From contig NZ_CP027570.1 of the NCBI RefSeq assembly GCF_003010495.1, positions 750,001 to 782,000 on the forward strand: 32,000 nucleotides of DNA. The letters are read 5' to 3'. The position numbers and the translations under genes are program-made. The stretch's first letter is position 1. The number at the start of each line of letters is the position of its first letter. The notes under the pieces were generated by a model. The model was given only the letters and a program-made list of their open reading frames with translations, was not told the DNA's origin and did not search any database. Below, piece after piece: positions 24,361 to 32,000 of the stretch. Origin of the DNA: Megasphaera elsdenii DSM 20460 (lineage in GTDB: Bacteria > Bacillota > Negativicutes > Veillonellales > Megasphaeraceae).

Positions 24361-24792
24361 TTGAGGACAAATACCCTGCGCCTGAGCCTGCCATCTCTGA
24401 ACGACCGGCCTGATGATGTTCTCTACTTATTCTCGTACTTCCTGCAAAGCTTCCGCCATCGCCAAGTTTCCCTTCCCAAAATATTAAAAAAAGCCCTCAT
24501 CCAGCATGACTGGTGGGGCAATATCCGCGAACTGCACAGTGTTACCTTGCGTTATTACATCTTCGGCGACACCCTGAATGGGGCTTATGATTCATTATTT
24601 GACATCCCCGACGAAAACCGGAAGGAAAGTCTCCTCGATACAGCATCGCTCCAGCTGGACATGAAACATCTGGAAAAGACGATCCAGCAGATACTCATCG
24701 GAGAGCTGCAAGAAAAAGGCTATAGCCAGAAGGATATAGCCAAATTACTCAATGTATCGCGCCAGACGATTTTCAACAAGTTGCACCGGTAA
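24361..24792 (+). pseudogene. C-terminal remnant of a sigma-54-dependent (bacterial enhancer-binding protein) activator; the AAA+ core is missing
   Basis: LRLSLPSLNDRPDDVLYLFSYFL...WWGNIRELHSV resembles the distal AAA+/sensor-II region of EBPs. The C-terminal Fis-type HTH reads YSQKDIAKLLNVSRQTIFNKL. Just upstream, in another frame, DGGSPF resembles the Walker B-proximal GGTLFLDE. I found no Walker A or GAFTGA. Confidence 0.55.
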
Positions 24793-24803
24793 CCAACGCA
24801 CCT

Positions 24804-24857
24804 TAACACATGCATGTGTTAGAATCAATATATTTAACGCACATGTGCGTTAAGATG
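24804..24857. repeat. Left copy of a ~55-bp bipartite direct repeat (two palindromic sites) flanking the AlbA_2 gene
   Basis: TAACACATGCATGTGTTA (perfect 18-bp palindrome, 24804-24821) is followed by GAATCAA and a 6-nt spacer. Then comes TTAACGCACATGTGCGTTAA, a perfect 20-bp palindrome at 24834-24853. Confidence 0.75.
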
Positions 24858-24904
24858 TGTGAAACGTGTGCTGAAATACAATTTTCCTCTCAGTATCTTC
24901 ATGA

Positions 24905-26560
24905 CTATTGCCGATTCACTGGCTTATAGTGGGCATATTTCCCTCGCCCTTCTAAAATAAGTTTATGATTTTTCTTTAACTTATTAAGTAGATGATAAGC
25001 TTGAGCTGGTGAAACGTGAAGAAGCTTGACAACATCTGATCTTGTTACCAGTCCTTGCTTTTGAGCCAGCTTCAAGATGAGTTCCGGGTAACGAACTGTA
25101 TCAATGTCAGTTTGACGCACATATCCAATGGTGTTCTCTTGTCGCTGATATAGATGGGCACTGAGAAAATATCCACGACTTTTTCCCCGTCCTATCGCCT
25201 CAATCAGGCCAGATTCTACAAGCGATTCAAGCGTAGTTGGGAGCTTATATGAAGGAATTCCGGCAGCATCAGCTATTTCCTTTTGTGACATCCGGTGATG
25301 TGTTTTCAATAAATTGAGAATTAAGAGTTCATAAACGGTAAAATCACGGTTCAGTTTTTCTTGTTCTTCTATGAGTAAGCGGACAAAATTTTTATCAGGA
25401 CGACTGTCCGGGATATAAAGCCGCACAGAAGTATCAGTAGATTGGCTGTAGTCTGGTGGCAGTTTGCCATAGCGCAAACTACCAGCATAGATACGGTCAA
25501 TACCCCGGCCAGACCGTTCGGCCATTCCAATGCGTTTTAAACAATCAGCAAGCACGGGATTTCGACCATGAGGTTCAGCATCTAACAGAGAATCATAAGT
25601 AATGCCCTGGATAAAGCCACCAGGATTAGCAATAGTCATGCCATCGCGTTCAATAAGAACACGGACACGTCCCAGCATGGAATAGTCCCGATGACTATAC
25701 GCATTGATGAGCGCTTCACGAAATGCCTGAGGAGCATAATGTGGAATGGGAACACGGAATAAGCCAACATCAATTTCATCTTCCTGGTTAATAGAAAGAA
25801 AGTACGTATTAATTTTTTCAATGCTGGCCAGCAGAGGGAGAGTAAATGTTTCGTTGACGCGAAGTTGCGCATTATCCATAATTTGTATAGATGATTCCGC
25901 TGTAGGGATAAGTTCCTGCAGGCGCTCTGCACGACCAATGAGCAACATTCCGGTGACCGTAGGAATATAGCCTTCGCCTATTTGGGTGACAAGCCGAAGA
26001 GCTTTATCCAGCTCCAGATCATCTAGCTCCAAAAGTGCGGACTCTCCATGATAGGTACGAATAATATGACGCAACCGTTCCCGTTCGGCAACACTCAAAT
26101 CATCCCGGGTTGAGTCAGGCAATGGTTGTGCAGAGAAATCCAATAAAGACAAACTGGAAAGCCGCTGAGGAATTTCATAGGGATATAAAGGAACATTTTC
26201 TGGTGTATGATCTGCTTTTAATCGACGTTTTTGTATTTTTCCAGCAGCACTTGCTACAATCGAAGTATATCGGGGAACACTTAACTTCAAAACATCACAT
26301 TGCCCATCATGAAGTATTGTCGCACGTGTGCTGACTGGAGGAACTGTTTTATTGGCAATGAAGGCAGTAAGACGAGTGATATCCCTATGTTTAGGATGGA
26401 GACCTGTTATTGTACCATCATCCTCTATACCAAGATACAAATCGCCACCTTCTGTATTGGCAAAAGCTACAACAGCATCAATAATATCGTTATCAGGTAA
26501 ACAATTTCTGTCGCTTTTAAATTCTACGGTCAAGCTTTCTTCGGTAGGAAACCTATACAT
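24905..26560 (-). CDS. AlbA_2 (Schlafen-like) domain / HATPase_c_4 / winged-HTH protein (often annotated RecG-like ATP-dependent DNA helicase or putative transcriptional regulator)
   Basis: The 551-aa protein has the N-terminus ESLTVEFKSDRN...AVVAFANTEGGDLYLGIEDDGTITG (AlbA_2). Its middle reads FREALINAYSHRDYSMLGRVRVLIERDGMTIANPGGF (HATPase_c_4). Two C-terminal wHTH-like segments follow. The gene is visibly more AT-rich than its neighbours. Confidence 0.75.
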   Translation of the reverse strand: MYRFPTEESLTVEFKSDRNCLPDNDIIDAVVAFANTEGGDLYLGIEDDGTITGLHPKHRDITRLTAFIANKTVPPVSTRATILHDGQCDVLKLSVPRYTSIVASAAGKIQKRRLKADHTPENVPLYPYEIPQRLSSLSLLDFSAQPLPDSTRDDLSVAERERLRHIIRTYHGESALLELDDLELDKALRLVTQIGEGYIPTVTGMLLIGRAERLQELIPTAESSIQIMDNAQLRVNETFTLPLLASIEKINTYFLSINQEDEIDVGLFRVPIPHYAPQAFREALINAYSHRDYSMLGRVRVLIERDGMTIANPGGFIQGITYDSLLDAEPHGRNPVLADCLKRIGMAERSGRGIDRIYAGSLRYGKLPPDYSQSTDTSVRLYIPDSRPDKNFVRLLIEEQEKLNRDFTVYELLILNLLKTHHRMSQKEIADAAGIPSYKLPTTLESLVESGLIEAIGRGKSRGYFLSAHLYQRQENTIGYVRQTDIDTVRYPELILKLAQKQGLVTRSDVVKLLHVSPAQAYHLLNKLKKNHKLILEGRGKYAHYKPVNRQ

Positions 26561-26581
26561 CGTATCACATCCTTTGTGTCG

Positions 26582-26610
26582 ATTCTAACACACACGTGCG
26601 TTAAAATCAA
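26582..26610 (-). promoter_or_regulatory. Candidate sigma-70 promoter of the AlbA_2 gene with an operator palindrome filling the spacer
   Basis: On the minus strand: TTGATT (-35), a 17-nt spacer TTAACGCACGTGTGTGT, then TAGAAT (-10, preceded by TGt). AAAGGATG serves as RBS for the ATG at 26560. Confidence 0.5.
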
Positions 26611-26640
26611 CTCACCCTAACGCATATGTGCGTTAAGAGG
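26586..26640. repeat. Right copy of the ~55-bp bipartite direct repeat
   Basis: TAACACACACGTGCGTTA (26586-26603) is followed by AAATCAA and a 7-nt spacer, then TAACGCATATGTGCGTTAAG (26618-26637). About 42 of 48 non-spacer positions are identical to the left copy. Confidence 0.75.
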
Positions 26641-26665
26641 GTATTAAGATGTGGTAACGCCTCGC

Positions 26666-27934
26666 TTACAACCGGCGGATACGGCTGTTGGGGATATTCA
26701 GCTTCTGCCGGAGTTTGGTTACTGTCCGCCGGGCCACGGAAATCCGGTCCGACAAAGCCAGGCACTCAGACAGGTCCTGGTCCGAATAAGGATGGCTTTT
26801 GTCTTCACCGGCGACGAGGGCGGCGATTTTCTCCATGACGACCTTATCGGATACACTGCCTTCGGTATCGGAAGGATAAGCCGTCGCTAAAAAAGATTGG
26901 AGCGGATATATCCGCCCTTCAAACAGGACATAGCGGTGGCGGCAGACGCGGCTGACCGTCGCCGTACTGAGCTGGGTGTCGGCAGCGATATCCTTCTGGC
27001 GCAGGGGCCGCAAAGACCGATGGTGCAAGAAATAGTCCTTCTGCCGGTCCATGAGGCAGGCCACGACCTGTTCGATGGAATGATGGCGGTAAGCCAGGGC
27101 TGAGGCCAAATCGGTAAAATCCCGGCGGGCTTTGCGGATGTAATCCAAGATTTCCTTGTCCCCCCGGGCGGCATACTGGTCGTATAAATCATCGCGGAAA
27201 TAGACATCCGGTATGTCCTCAAGGGACCGCTGGGTCAGCTGGCCTTTGGCATCGCAGTAGATTTCTATATCGGGCCGGATATATACCTCTTCCTGGACGA
27301 TCTGGCTGGCCGGCTGGAGGGACAGGCTCTTGAAAAAATCCCGGATATCCCGCAATTCCGAGTCCGACAAGCCCAGGGAAGCCTGGATTTTCTGCCACTT
27401 CCCCTGGAGAAAATCGTCATAATGCTTTTCTAGCAGGGCTTCCGCCTGGCGAGGCGCCTTGCGGGCCCGCCGGGTCTGGATGAGCAGGGCTTCACGGAGA
27501 TCCCTGGCGGCAATGCCCGGCGGGTCGAAGGACTGGACGAGGGCCAGTCCTTTTTCCATATCGGCCGGTCCCAACTGGTAAGCCCGGCCCAGAGAAGCTA
27601 AGTCACCCTGGAAAAACCCTTTGGCATCGAGGGAGCCGATGACCAGGCCCGCCGCCAGCATGACCGGTTTCGGCAGGGTCTGGACCCGCAGCTGGGCCAT
27701 GAGCTTCGCTTCCAGGGAGGCGCCGTGATTGTGCACATTCTCGATAGCTTTACGGCCCTTTTCTTCGTCGGCCCGGACATCATGATAGCAGATGTCCATC
27801 AAGGGGTTAGCCGTCACTTTTTCCTGCAAGAAATCTACCAAATCCTGGCCATGGAGGGCCAGCATCTGGATGGTCAATCGCTGGACCTGCAGTATTTTCG
27901 CTTTTTGTTCGAGTTTCAAGGATAAATTCGACAT
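26666..27934 (-). CDS. rpoN: RNA polymerase sigma-54 factor
   Basis: The track start is 27955. I prefer the ATG at 27934 (MSNLSLKLEQKAKILQ...), 6 nt after AAGAGGGG. Region I is Gln/Leu-rich and the C-terminal RpoN box reads ARRTVTKLRQKLNIP. Confidence 0.88.
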   Translation of the reverse strand: MSNLSLKLEQKAKILQVQRLTIQMLALHGQDLVDFLQEKVTANPLMDICYHDVRADEEKGRKAIENVHNHGASLEAKLMAQLRVQTLPKPVMLAAGLVIGSLDAKGFFQGDLASLGRAYQLGPADMEKGLALVQSFDPPGIAARDLREALLIQTRRARKAPRQAEALLEKHYDDFLQGKWQKIQASLGLSDSELRDIRDFFKSLSLQPASQIVQEEVYIRPDIEIYCDAKGQLTQRSLEDIPDVYFRDDLYDQYAARGDKEILDYIRKARRDFTDLASALAYRHHSIEQVVACLMDRQKDYFLHHRSLRPLRQKDIAADTQLSTATVSRVCRHRYVLFEGRIYPLQSFLATAYPSDTEGSVSDKVVMEKIAALVAGEDKSHPYSDQDLSECLALSDRISVARRTVTKLRQKLNIPNSRIRRL

Positions 27935-27958
27935 AAGGCCCCTCTTTCCATTCATGGC

Positions 27959-29287
27959 TTACTTTTTCACCATAGATTCCAAGATGCGCCGCGCTTCGTC
28001 CGGTTCATGGTCCTTGATGATGCGGCTCACCGTATCATAGCCCAAAGCGCCGATGTAGGCCGCCCCGAAGGCGGCAGATGCCTTCAAATGCTGCTGGCAC
28101 CGGTCTTCCCGTACTTCCAGGCCTTCGACACAGGCCGTCTGGAAGATGCGTACCGACCGGATCAGGAGCTGCAGGCTTTCCAGGAGGCAGTCGGCGATGA
28201 GCGGTTCAAAGGCGTTGAGTTCAAATTCGCCGTGGGCAGCGGCCATGGCGATGGCGCTGTCGTCAGCCATTACTTTCATGGCACACTGCATGACCATTTC
28301 CGGGATGACCGGATTGACCTTGCCGGGCATGATGGAACTGCCCTGCTGACGGGCAGGCAGGCGGATTTCACCGATGCCGCCGTGAGGGCCGGAATTCATG
28401 AGGCGCAAATCATTGGCAATTTTCATCAAGTTGACGGCCAGGGCCTTGAGCAAGCCCGACACTTCGACGAAGACGTCGTTGTTCTGGGTCAGGTCGACAG
28501 GGTATTCTGCCGCAGCCAGGCCGATGCCCGTCAAACGGCGCAATTCCTCAATGACTTCATAGCGGTACTGCCGTGATGCCGTATCGGATGTGCCGATAGC
28601 CGTGCCACCAAGGTTAACCATGCGCAGGCGTTCTTCGATTTTATACAAACGCCAGCGGTCACGGGACAAGGCCTGGGCATAGGCGCCAAATTCTTCGCCT
28701 GCCGTCATGGGAACGGCATCCATGAGCTCCGTCCGCCCCAATTTATACGTCTTTTCATAGGCCTGCTCTTTATGCTGGAAGGCTTCCTGCAAGTCGGCAC
28801 AAGCCTGGCTCAGTTCCCGCAGCTTGCGGATGGCGGCGATCCGCAGGGCCGTCGGGTAGACGTCATTCGTCGACTGGCCGCGGTTGACGTCATCCAGGGG
28901 ATGGATGACGTCGTACTGCCCGGGCTGTTTCCCCAGCTTCAGCAAGGCCGCGTTGGCAATGACTTCATTGACGTTCATGTTCGTCGACGTACCGGCGCCG
29001 CCTTGAAGGGCTTCGGTTACAAAAGCATCGTCATACTGACCGGCCAAGATAGCGTCGCAAGCCGCGGCGATGGCCTGATAAATCCCGTCTTCACGGACAC
29101 CGAGGCGGGCATAAGTCAGAGCAGCGGCTTTCTTAACGGTCACCATGGCATAAATGAGATCCATCGCTGTCCGCTTATGGCCTAAAGGGAAATTTTCCAA
29201 GGCCCTGGCCGTATTGATACCGTACATCGTCCCTTCAGGTAACTCCACTTCACCCAGTACATCGCGTTCGATACGCGTTTTTTCCAT
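27959..29287 (-). CDS. Aspartate ammonia-lyase / class II fumarase superfamily lyase (aspartase-like)
   Basis: The 442-aa protein has the signature GSSIMPGKVNPVIPE, plus TSTNMNVNEVIAN and GQSTNDVYPTA. An AGGAGGG RBS lies upstream. Confidence 0.82.
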   Translation of the reverse strand: MEKTRIERDVLGEVELPEGTMYGINTARALENFPLGHKRTAMDLIYAMVTVKKAAALTYARLGVREDGIYQAIAAACDAILAGQYDDAFVTEALQGGAGTSTNMNVNEVIANAALLKLGKQPGQYDVIHPLDDVNRGQSTNDVYPTALRIAAIRKLRELSQACADLQEAFQHKEQAYEKTYKLGRTELMDAVPMTAGEEFGAYAQALSRDRWRLYKIEERLRMVNLGGTAIGTSDTASRQYRYEVIEELRRLTGIGLAAAEYPVDLTQNNDVFVEVSGLLKALAVNLMKIANDLRLMNSGPHGGIGEIRLPARQQGSSIMPGKVNPVIPEMVMQCAMKVMADDSAIAMAAAHGEFELNAFEPLIADCLLESLQLLIRSVRIFQTACVEGLEVREDRCQQHLKASAAFGAAYIGALGYDTVSRIIKDHEPDEARRILESMVKK

Positions 29288-29333
29288 TCAAATCCCTCCT
29301 AAAACGGGCGCCCCCTCTACAGCGGTCCGTTTC

Positions 29334-29349
29334 AGCAACCGCCCTACCA
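29334..29349 (-). promoter_or_regulatory. Candidate sigma-54 (-24/-12) promoter upstream of the aspartase-like gene and rpoN
   Basis: The minus strand reads TGGTAG-GGCGG-TTGCT. GG and GC are separated by exactly 10 nt, as in the TGGCAC-N5-TTGCW consensus. The element lies 46 nt upstream of the ATG at 29287. The CAC of the -24 element is not conserved. Confidence 0.3.
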
Positions 29350-29381
29350 TTTTCTACAAACTCCATACTACAAACTATTTT

Positions 29382-30578
29382 TTAAACCAGCGACTGCAAG
29401 TACGGGAAGACGCTGAGGCTGCGTTTCAAGATGCCCTGCATGTAGGCAATGGCTATGCCGTAGTTGGTAATGGGCACAGCCTGGTCGGCGGCGCACTTCA
29501 TGCGGTATTGGACTTCCCTGCCGTTGAGCATACAACCGCCGCAGTGGATGACCAAGGCATACGGCGACAAGTCTTCCGGAAAATCGCGGCCGCTGGCCGT
29601 TTCGATGCGGATATCCTTATGCGTATAATTACGAAGCCAGCGGGGAATCTTGACCGTGCCGATGTCGTCGCACTGGCGATGATGGGTACAGCCTTCGGCA
29701 ATGAGGACCGTGTCGCCGTCTTGCAGCTTTTCCAGGGCCGTGACGCCGCGGACGGCCGTTTCCAGCAGGCCTTTATGTCGAGCCATGAGGATGGAGAACG
29801 ACGTCAGGCGCACGTCCATAGGCGTGTCGGCCGACACTTTGGCAAAGACCTGACTGTCTGTAATGACCAGGGCCGGTTTCTGACCCAGACATTCCAAGGT
29901 ATGGCGCAGTTCATATTCCTTGACGACGATGGCCGCACTGTCGTTGTCGATGATTTCCCGGATAGTCTGCTGCTGCGGCAGGATAAGGCGCCCTTTCGGC
30001 GCTGCCGTATCGATGGGGACGACGAGGACGACGAAGTCACCGCCCTGGATGAGGTCGCTCACAATAGGCGATGCTGTCTCGACAGGTTTCAGGCGGGCCA
30101 GGCGTTCTTTCAATTCGTAAATGCCTTCTCCCTTCAAAGCGCTGACGTAGATTTCATGGTCCTGTGCCTTACTGGCTTGGTTCAGCAGGTCCGATTTATT
30201 ATAGACGACGAGGTAAGGCAGGTTCTTGTCCCGGATGAGATTCAGGACTTCATCGTCGGCAGGCGACCGGCCTTCAGCGGCGTCGATGATGACGACAGCT
30301 ATATCCGTCTTGTTGAGGACCTGTTTCGTCCGGCGCACCCGTTCTTCCCCCAAGGCCCCGACGTCGTCGAATCCCGGCGTGTCGATGATGACCACTGGTC
30401 CTAAGGGCAGGAGTTCCATGGCTTTGTAGACCGGGTCCGTCGTCGTCCCTTTCGTCGCCGATACGATAGACAGGTCCTGGCCGGTCACGGCGTTGACGAC
30501 ACTCGATTTCCCGGCATTGCGGCGGCCAAAGAAACCAATATGGACCCGTTCGCCTGATGGCGTATCATTCATTCCCAT
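29382..30578 (-). CDS. hydF: [FeFe]-hydrogenase H-cluster maturation GTPase HydF
   Basis: The 398-aa protein has GTPase motifs GRRNAGKSS, DTPG and NKSD. The C-terminal cluster-binding pattern is EGCTHH...(~50 aa)...HCGGC. A GGAAGGGGA RBS lies upstream. Confidence 0.85.
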   Translation of the reverse strand: MGMNDTPSGERVHIGFFGRRNAGKSSVVNAVTGQDLSIVSATKGTTTDPVYKAMELLPLGPVVIIDTPGFDDVGALGEERVRRTKQVLNKTDIAVVIIDAAEGRSPADDEVLNLIRDKNLPYLVVYNKSDLLNQASKAQDHEIYVSALKGEGIYELKERLARLKPVETASPIVSDLIQGGDFVVLVVPIDTAAPKGRLILPQQQTIREIIDNDSAAIVVKEYELRHTLECLGQKPALVITDSQVFAKVSADTPMDVRLTSFSILMARHKGLLETAVRGVTALEKLQDGDTVLIAEGCTHHRQCDDIGTVKIPRWLRNYTHKDIRIETASGRDFPEDLSPYALVIHCGGCMLNGREVQYRMKCAADQAVPITNYGIAIAYMQGILKRSLSVFPYLQSLV

Positions 30579-30593
30579 AACATCGTCCCCTTC

Positions 30594-31340
30594 CTAGGCC
30601 TGAAGCAGTTTCCGGGCCAAGTCCTGATAAATCTGGCTGACCGCCAGGTCCGGATTGCCTTCGACGACGGTCATGCCCTTATTTTCATAATACTGGATAT
30701 CCTTGCTCCGGGGAATGTCGGCTACGATAGGCAGGCCGTGTTCGTCTGCGAAGGCCTTGACCAGTTCGTATTCGTCGTCGACATTGCGGCGGTTGAGGAT
30801 TATGCCCTTGACCTGGGCATAGCCGCGGCTCTTGAAATTCTCGACGGCCTTGATGATGTTGGCCGCTGCATAGAGGGCCATCTTTTCGCCGGACGTGACG
30901 ATAAAGATTTCATCGGCATAACCATCGCGGATAGGCGCGGAGAAACCGCCGCAGACGACGTCGCCCAGGACATCATACAAGACGACGTCAGGCTGGAGCT
31001 TCTGGAAGACTTCCTGTTCGTCCATGAGGTCGAAGGTGGCAATGATGCCCCGGCCGGCACAGCCCAGACCCGGCGTAGGTCCGCCCGTTTCGATGCAGAA
31101 GACGCCGCCGAAACCTTCTTTGCCGATGTGCTCGAAGTCCGGTCCTTCCGTATATTTCCGATAGTAATCCATGACCGGCATGACCGGTTCGCCATGCAAG
31201 AGGTTCAGCGTCGAATCGGCCTTAGGGTCGCAGCCGACTTGGACGACTTTTTTCCCCATCATGGACAGAGCCGCCGATAAGTTTGCCGTCGTCGTCGACT
31301 TGCCGATGCCGCCTTTCCCATAAATCGCAAATTTTCTCAT
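30594..31340 (-). CDS. NifH/BchL-family ATPase, short nitrogenase-iron-protein-like (group IV 'Nfl'-type)
   Basis: The 248-aa protein has the P-loop [10 protein letters not shown] and both [4Fe-4S] ligand contexts, GLGCAGRG and DVVCGGF. It is shorter than a bona fide NifH. A GAGGAGGAAG RBS lies upstream. Confidence 0.82.
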   Translation of the reverse strand: MRKFAIYGKGGIGKSTTTANLSAALSMMGKKVVQVGCDPKADSTLNLLHGEPVMPVMDYYRKYTEGPDFEHIGKEGFGGVFCIETGGPTPGLGCAGRGIIATFDLMDEQEVFQKLQPDVVLYDVLGDVVCGGFSAPIRDGYADEIFIVTSGEKMALYAAANIIKAVENFKSRGYAQVKGIILNRRNVDDEYELVKAFADEHGLPIVADIPRSKDIQYYENKGMTVVEGNPDLAVSQIYQDLARKLLQA

Positions 31341-31352
31341 ACGTCTTCCTCC

Positions 31353-32000
31353 TCAAGTCAACTTCTCTTTCATCCATGCCGTAAAGGACGGCCCGACGAA
31401 GATTGGCATGTCATCGTGGTAATGACGGCCGGAATAGGCTTCATGGGGCATGGAAACGAATTTTTCCTTTTCGTCCGGCAAGAGCCGGGCATAAATCGGG
31501 TCGGCAATGACCCGGCGGGCTTTACAACATTCCTGACGGATAACGTCTTCCACACTGGCCACTTCGACCTGTTCCAGGAGCCACCGCGGCGCATCGGCCA
31601 GAGGGCAGAGCAGGCGGACGTCGGAAAGGCCCATTTCCTGCTGGAGGAAAGCCTTCATCGACAGCAGGTAGACCGGTTCACCGATGACCAGGACGTCGCA
31701 CGGCGTATCGTCGTAGGCCTGTTCCGTCTTCCAGGCGTTGAGGTCGGCCAGGGCATACTGGGCTCTAATATATTTTTCTTGTCCTGTAAAGCCCGTGAGA
31801 TACGACGAATCGCAGTTCCGCAGAGCTTCCAGCCAGTCCGCCGTCCCCTTTTCGCCCATGGGGATGCCTACGACATACGGGATGCCGTAGGTGTCGCGCA
31901 GGTATTGGGCCAGGTAGAAGGCCGTCGACGACAGGACGACGTTGACGTCGGCATTGGCAGCCGTCGCCAGCTGGTCCAGCGTGTCCCCCATGGACCACGA
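31353..32000 (-). CDS. Nitrogenase component 1-type oxidoreductase family protein (NifD/K/E/N-like), C-terminal part; the 5' end lies off the right edge
   Basis: The frame stays open upstream of the track's Met at 31991 (SWSMGDTL...). Composition and context are family-like: the gene is 12 nt upstream of the nifH-like gene on the same strand. The domain assignment is from my recognition of the fold family only. Confidence 0.65.
   Translation of the reverse strand, partial: SWSMGDTLDQLATAANADVNVVLSSTAFYLAQYLRDTYGIPYVVGIPMGEKGTADWLEALRNCDSSYLTGFTGQEKYIRAQYALADLNAWKTEQAYDDTPCDVLVIGEPVYLLSMKAFLQQEMGLSDVRLLCPLADAPRWLLEQVEVASVEDVIRQECCKARRVIADPIYARLLPDEKEKFVSMPHEAYSGRHYHDDMPIFVGPSFTAWMKEKLT

Noticed and set aside
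1-32000. Whole-window scan for CRISPR arrays, tRNA or rRNA genes, riboswitch-like leaders and toxin-antitoxin pairs.
   Set aside because: I saw no regularly spaced direct repeats, no cloverleaf-like or rRNA-like conserved segments and no recognisable riboswitch cores by eye. A covariance-model scan (Rfam, tRNAscan) would be needed for certainty.

Overview
This window looks like a Firmicutes chromosome segment. Negativicutes/Megasphaera-like is my guess from gene content only, and I could not verify it. It mixes conserved amino-acid fermentation genes with decaying, IS-affected accessory DNA.

Left third (all on the minus strand except the aminopeptidase):
- An M20 amidohydrolase (partial) and an M18 aminopeptidase.
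- A RarD-like permease and a cytidylate-kinase-like protein.
- A 3-gene amino-acid ABC importer.
- A compact D-proline reductase cluster, prdC-prdA-small ORF-prdB-prdF. Its PrdB has Cys where clostridial PrdB has selenocysteine.
- A divergent 484-aa HTH protein sits where a sigma-54 PrdR would be expected.

Middle:
- A butyryl-CoA:acetate-type CoA-transferase and a DMT transporter.
- An AT-richer island containing an IS200-like element whose tnpA carries a nonsense codon.
- An intact TnpB-only IS605-family element. Its insertion into a HAAAP serine/threonine-type permease gene can be reconstructed to within about 2 nt (TTTAA flank; LE and RE hairpins share a motif).
- A ridA 3' fragment, a PatB/MalY-type C-S lyase and an XRE regulator.
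- A second, decayed TnpB element that keeps only its ends and an omega-RNA-like tail.

Right third:
- A deletion scar made of an in-frame iorB::CoA-transferase fusion, a 5'-truncated and frameshifted iorA, and a sigma-54 activator remnant.
- An AT-rich AlbA_2/HATPase_c_4/wHTH gene bracketed by ~55-bp direct repeats that carry palindromic operator-like sites.
- rpoN, an aspartase-family lyase, and a tight nifD-like/nifH-like/hydF operon.

I saw no rRNA, tRNA or CRISPR array.
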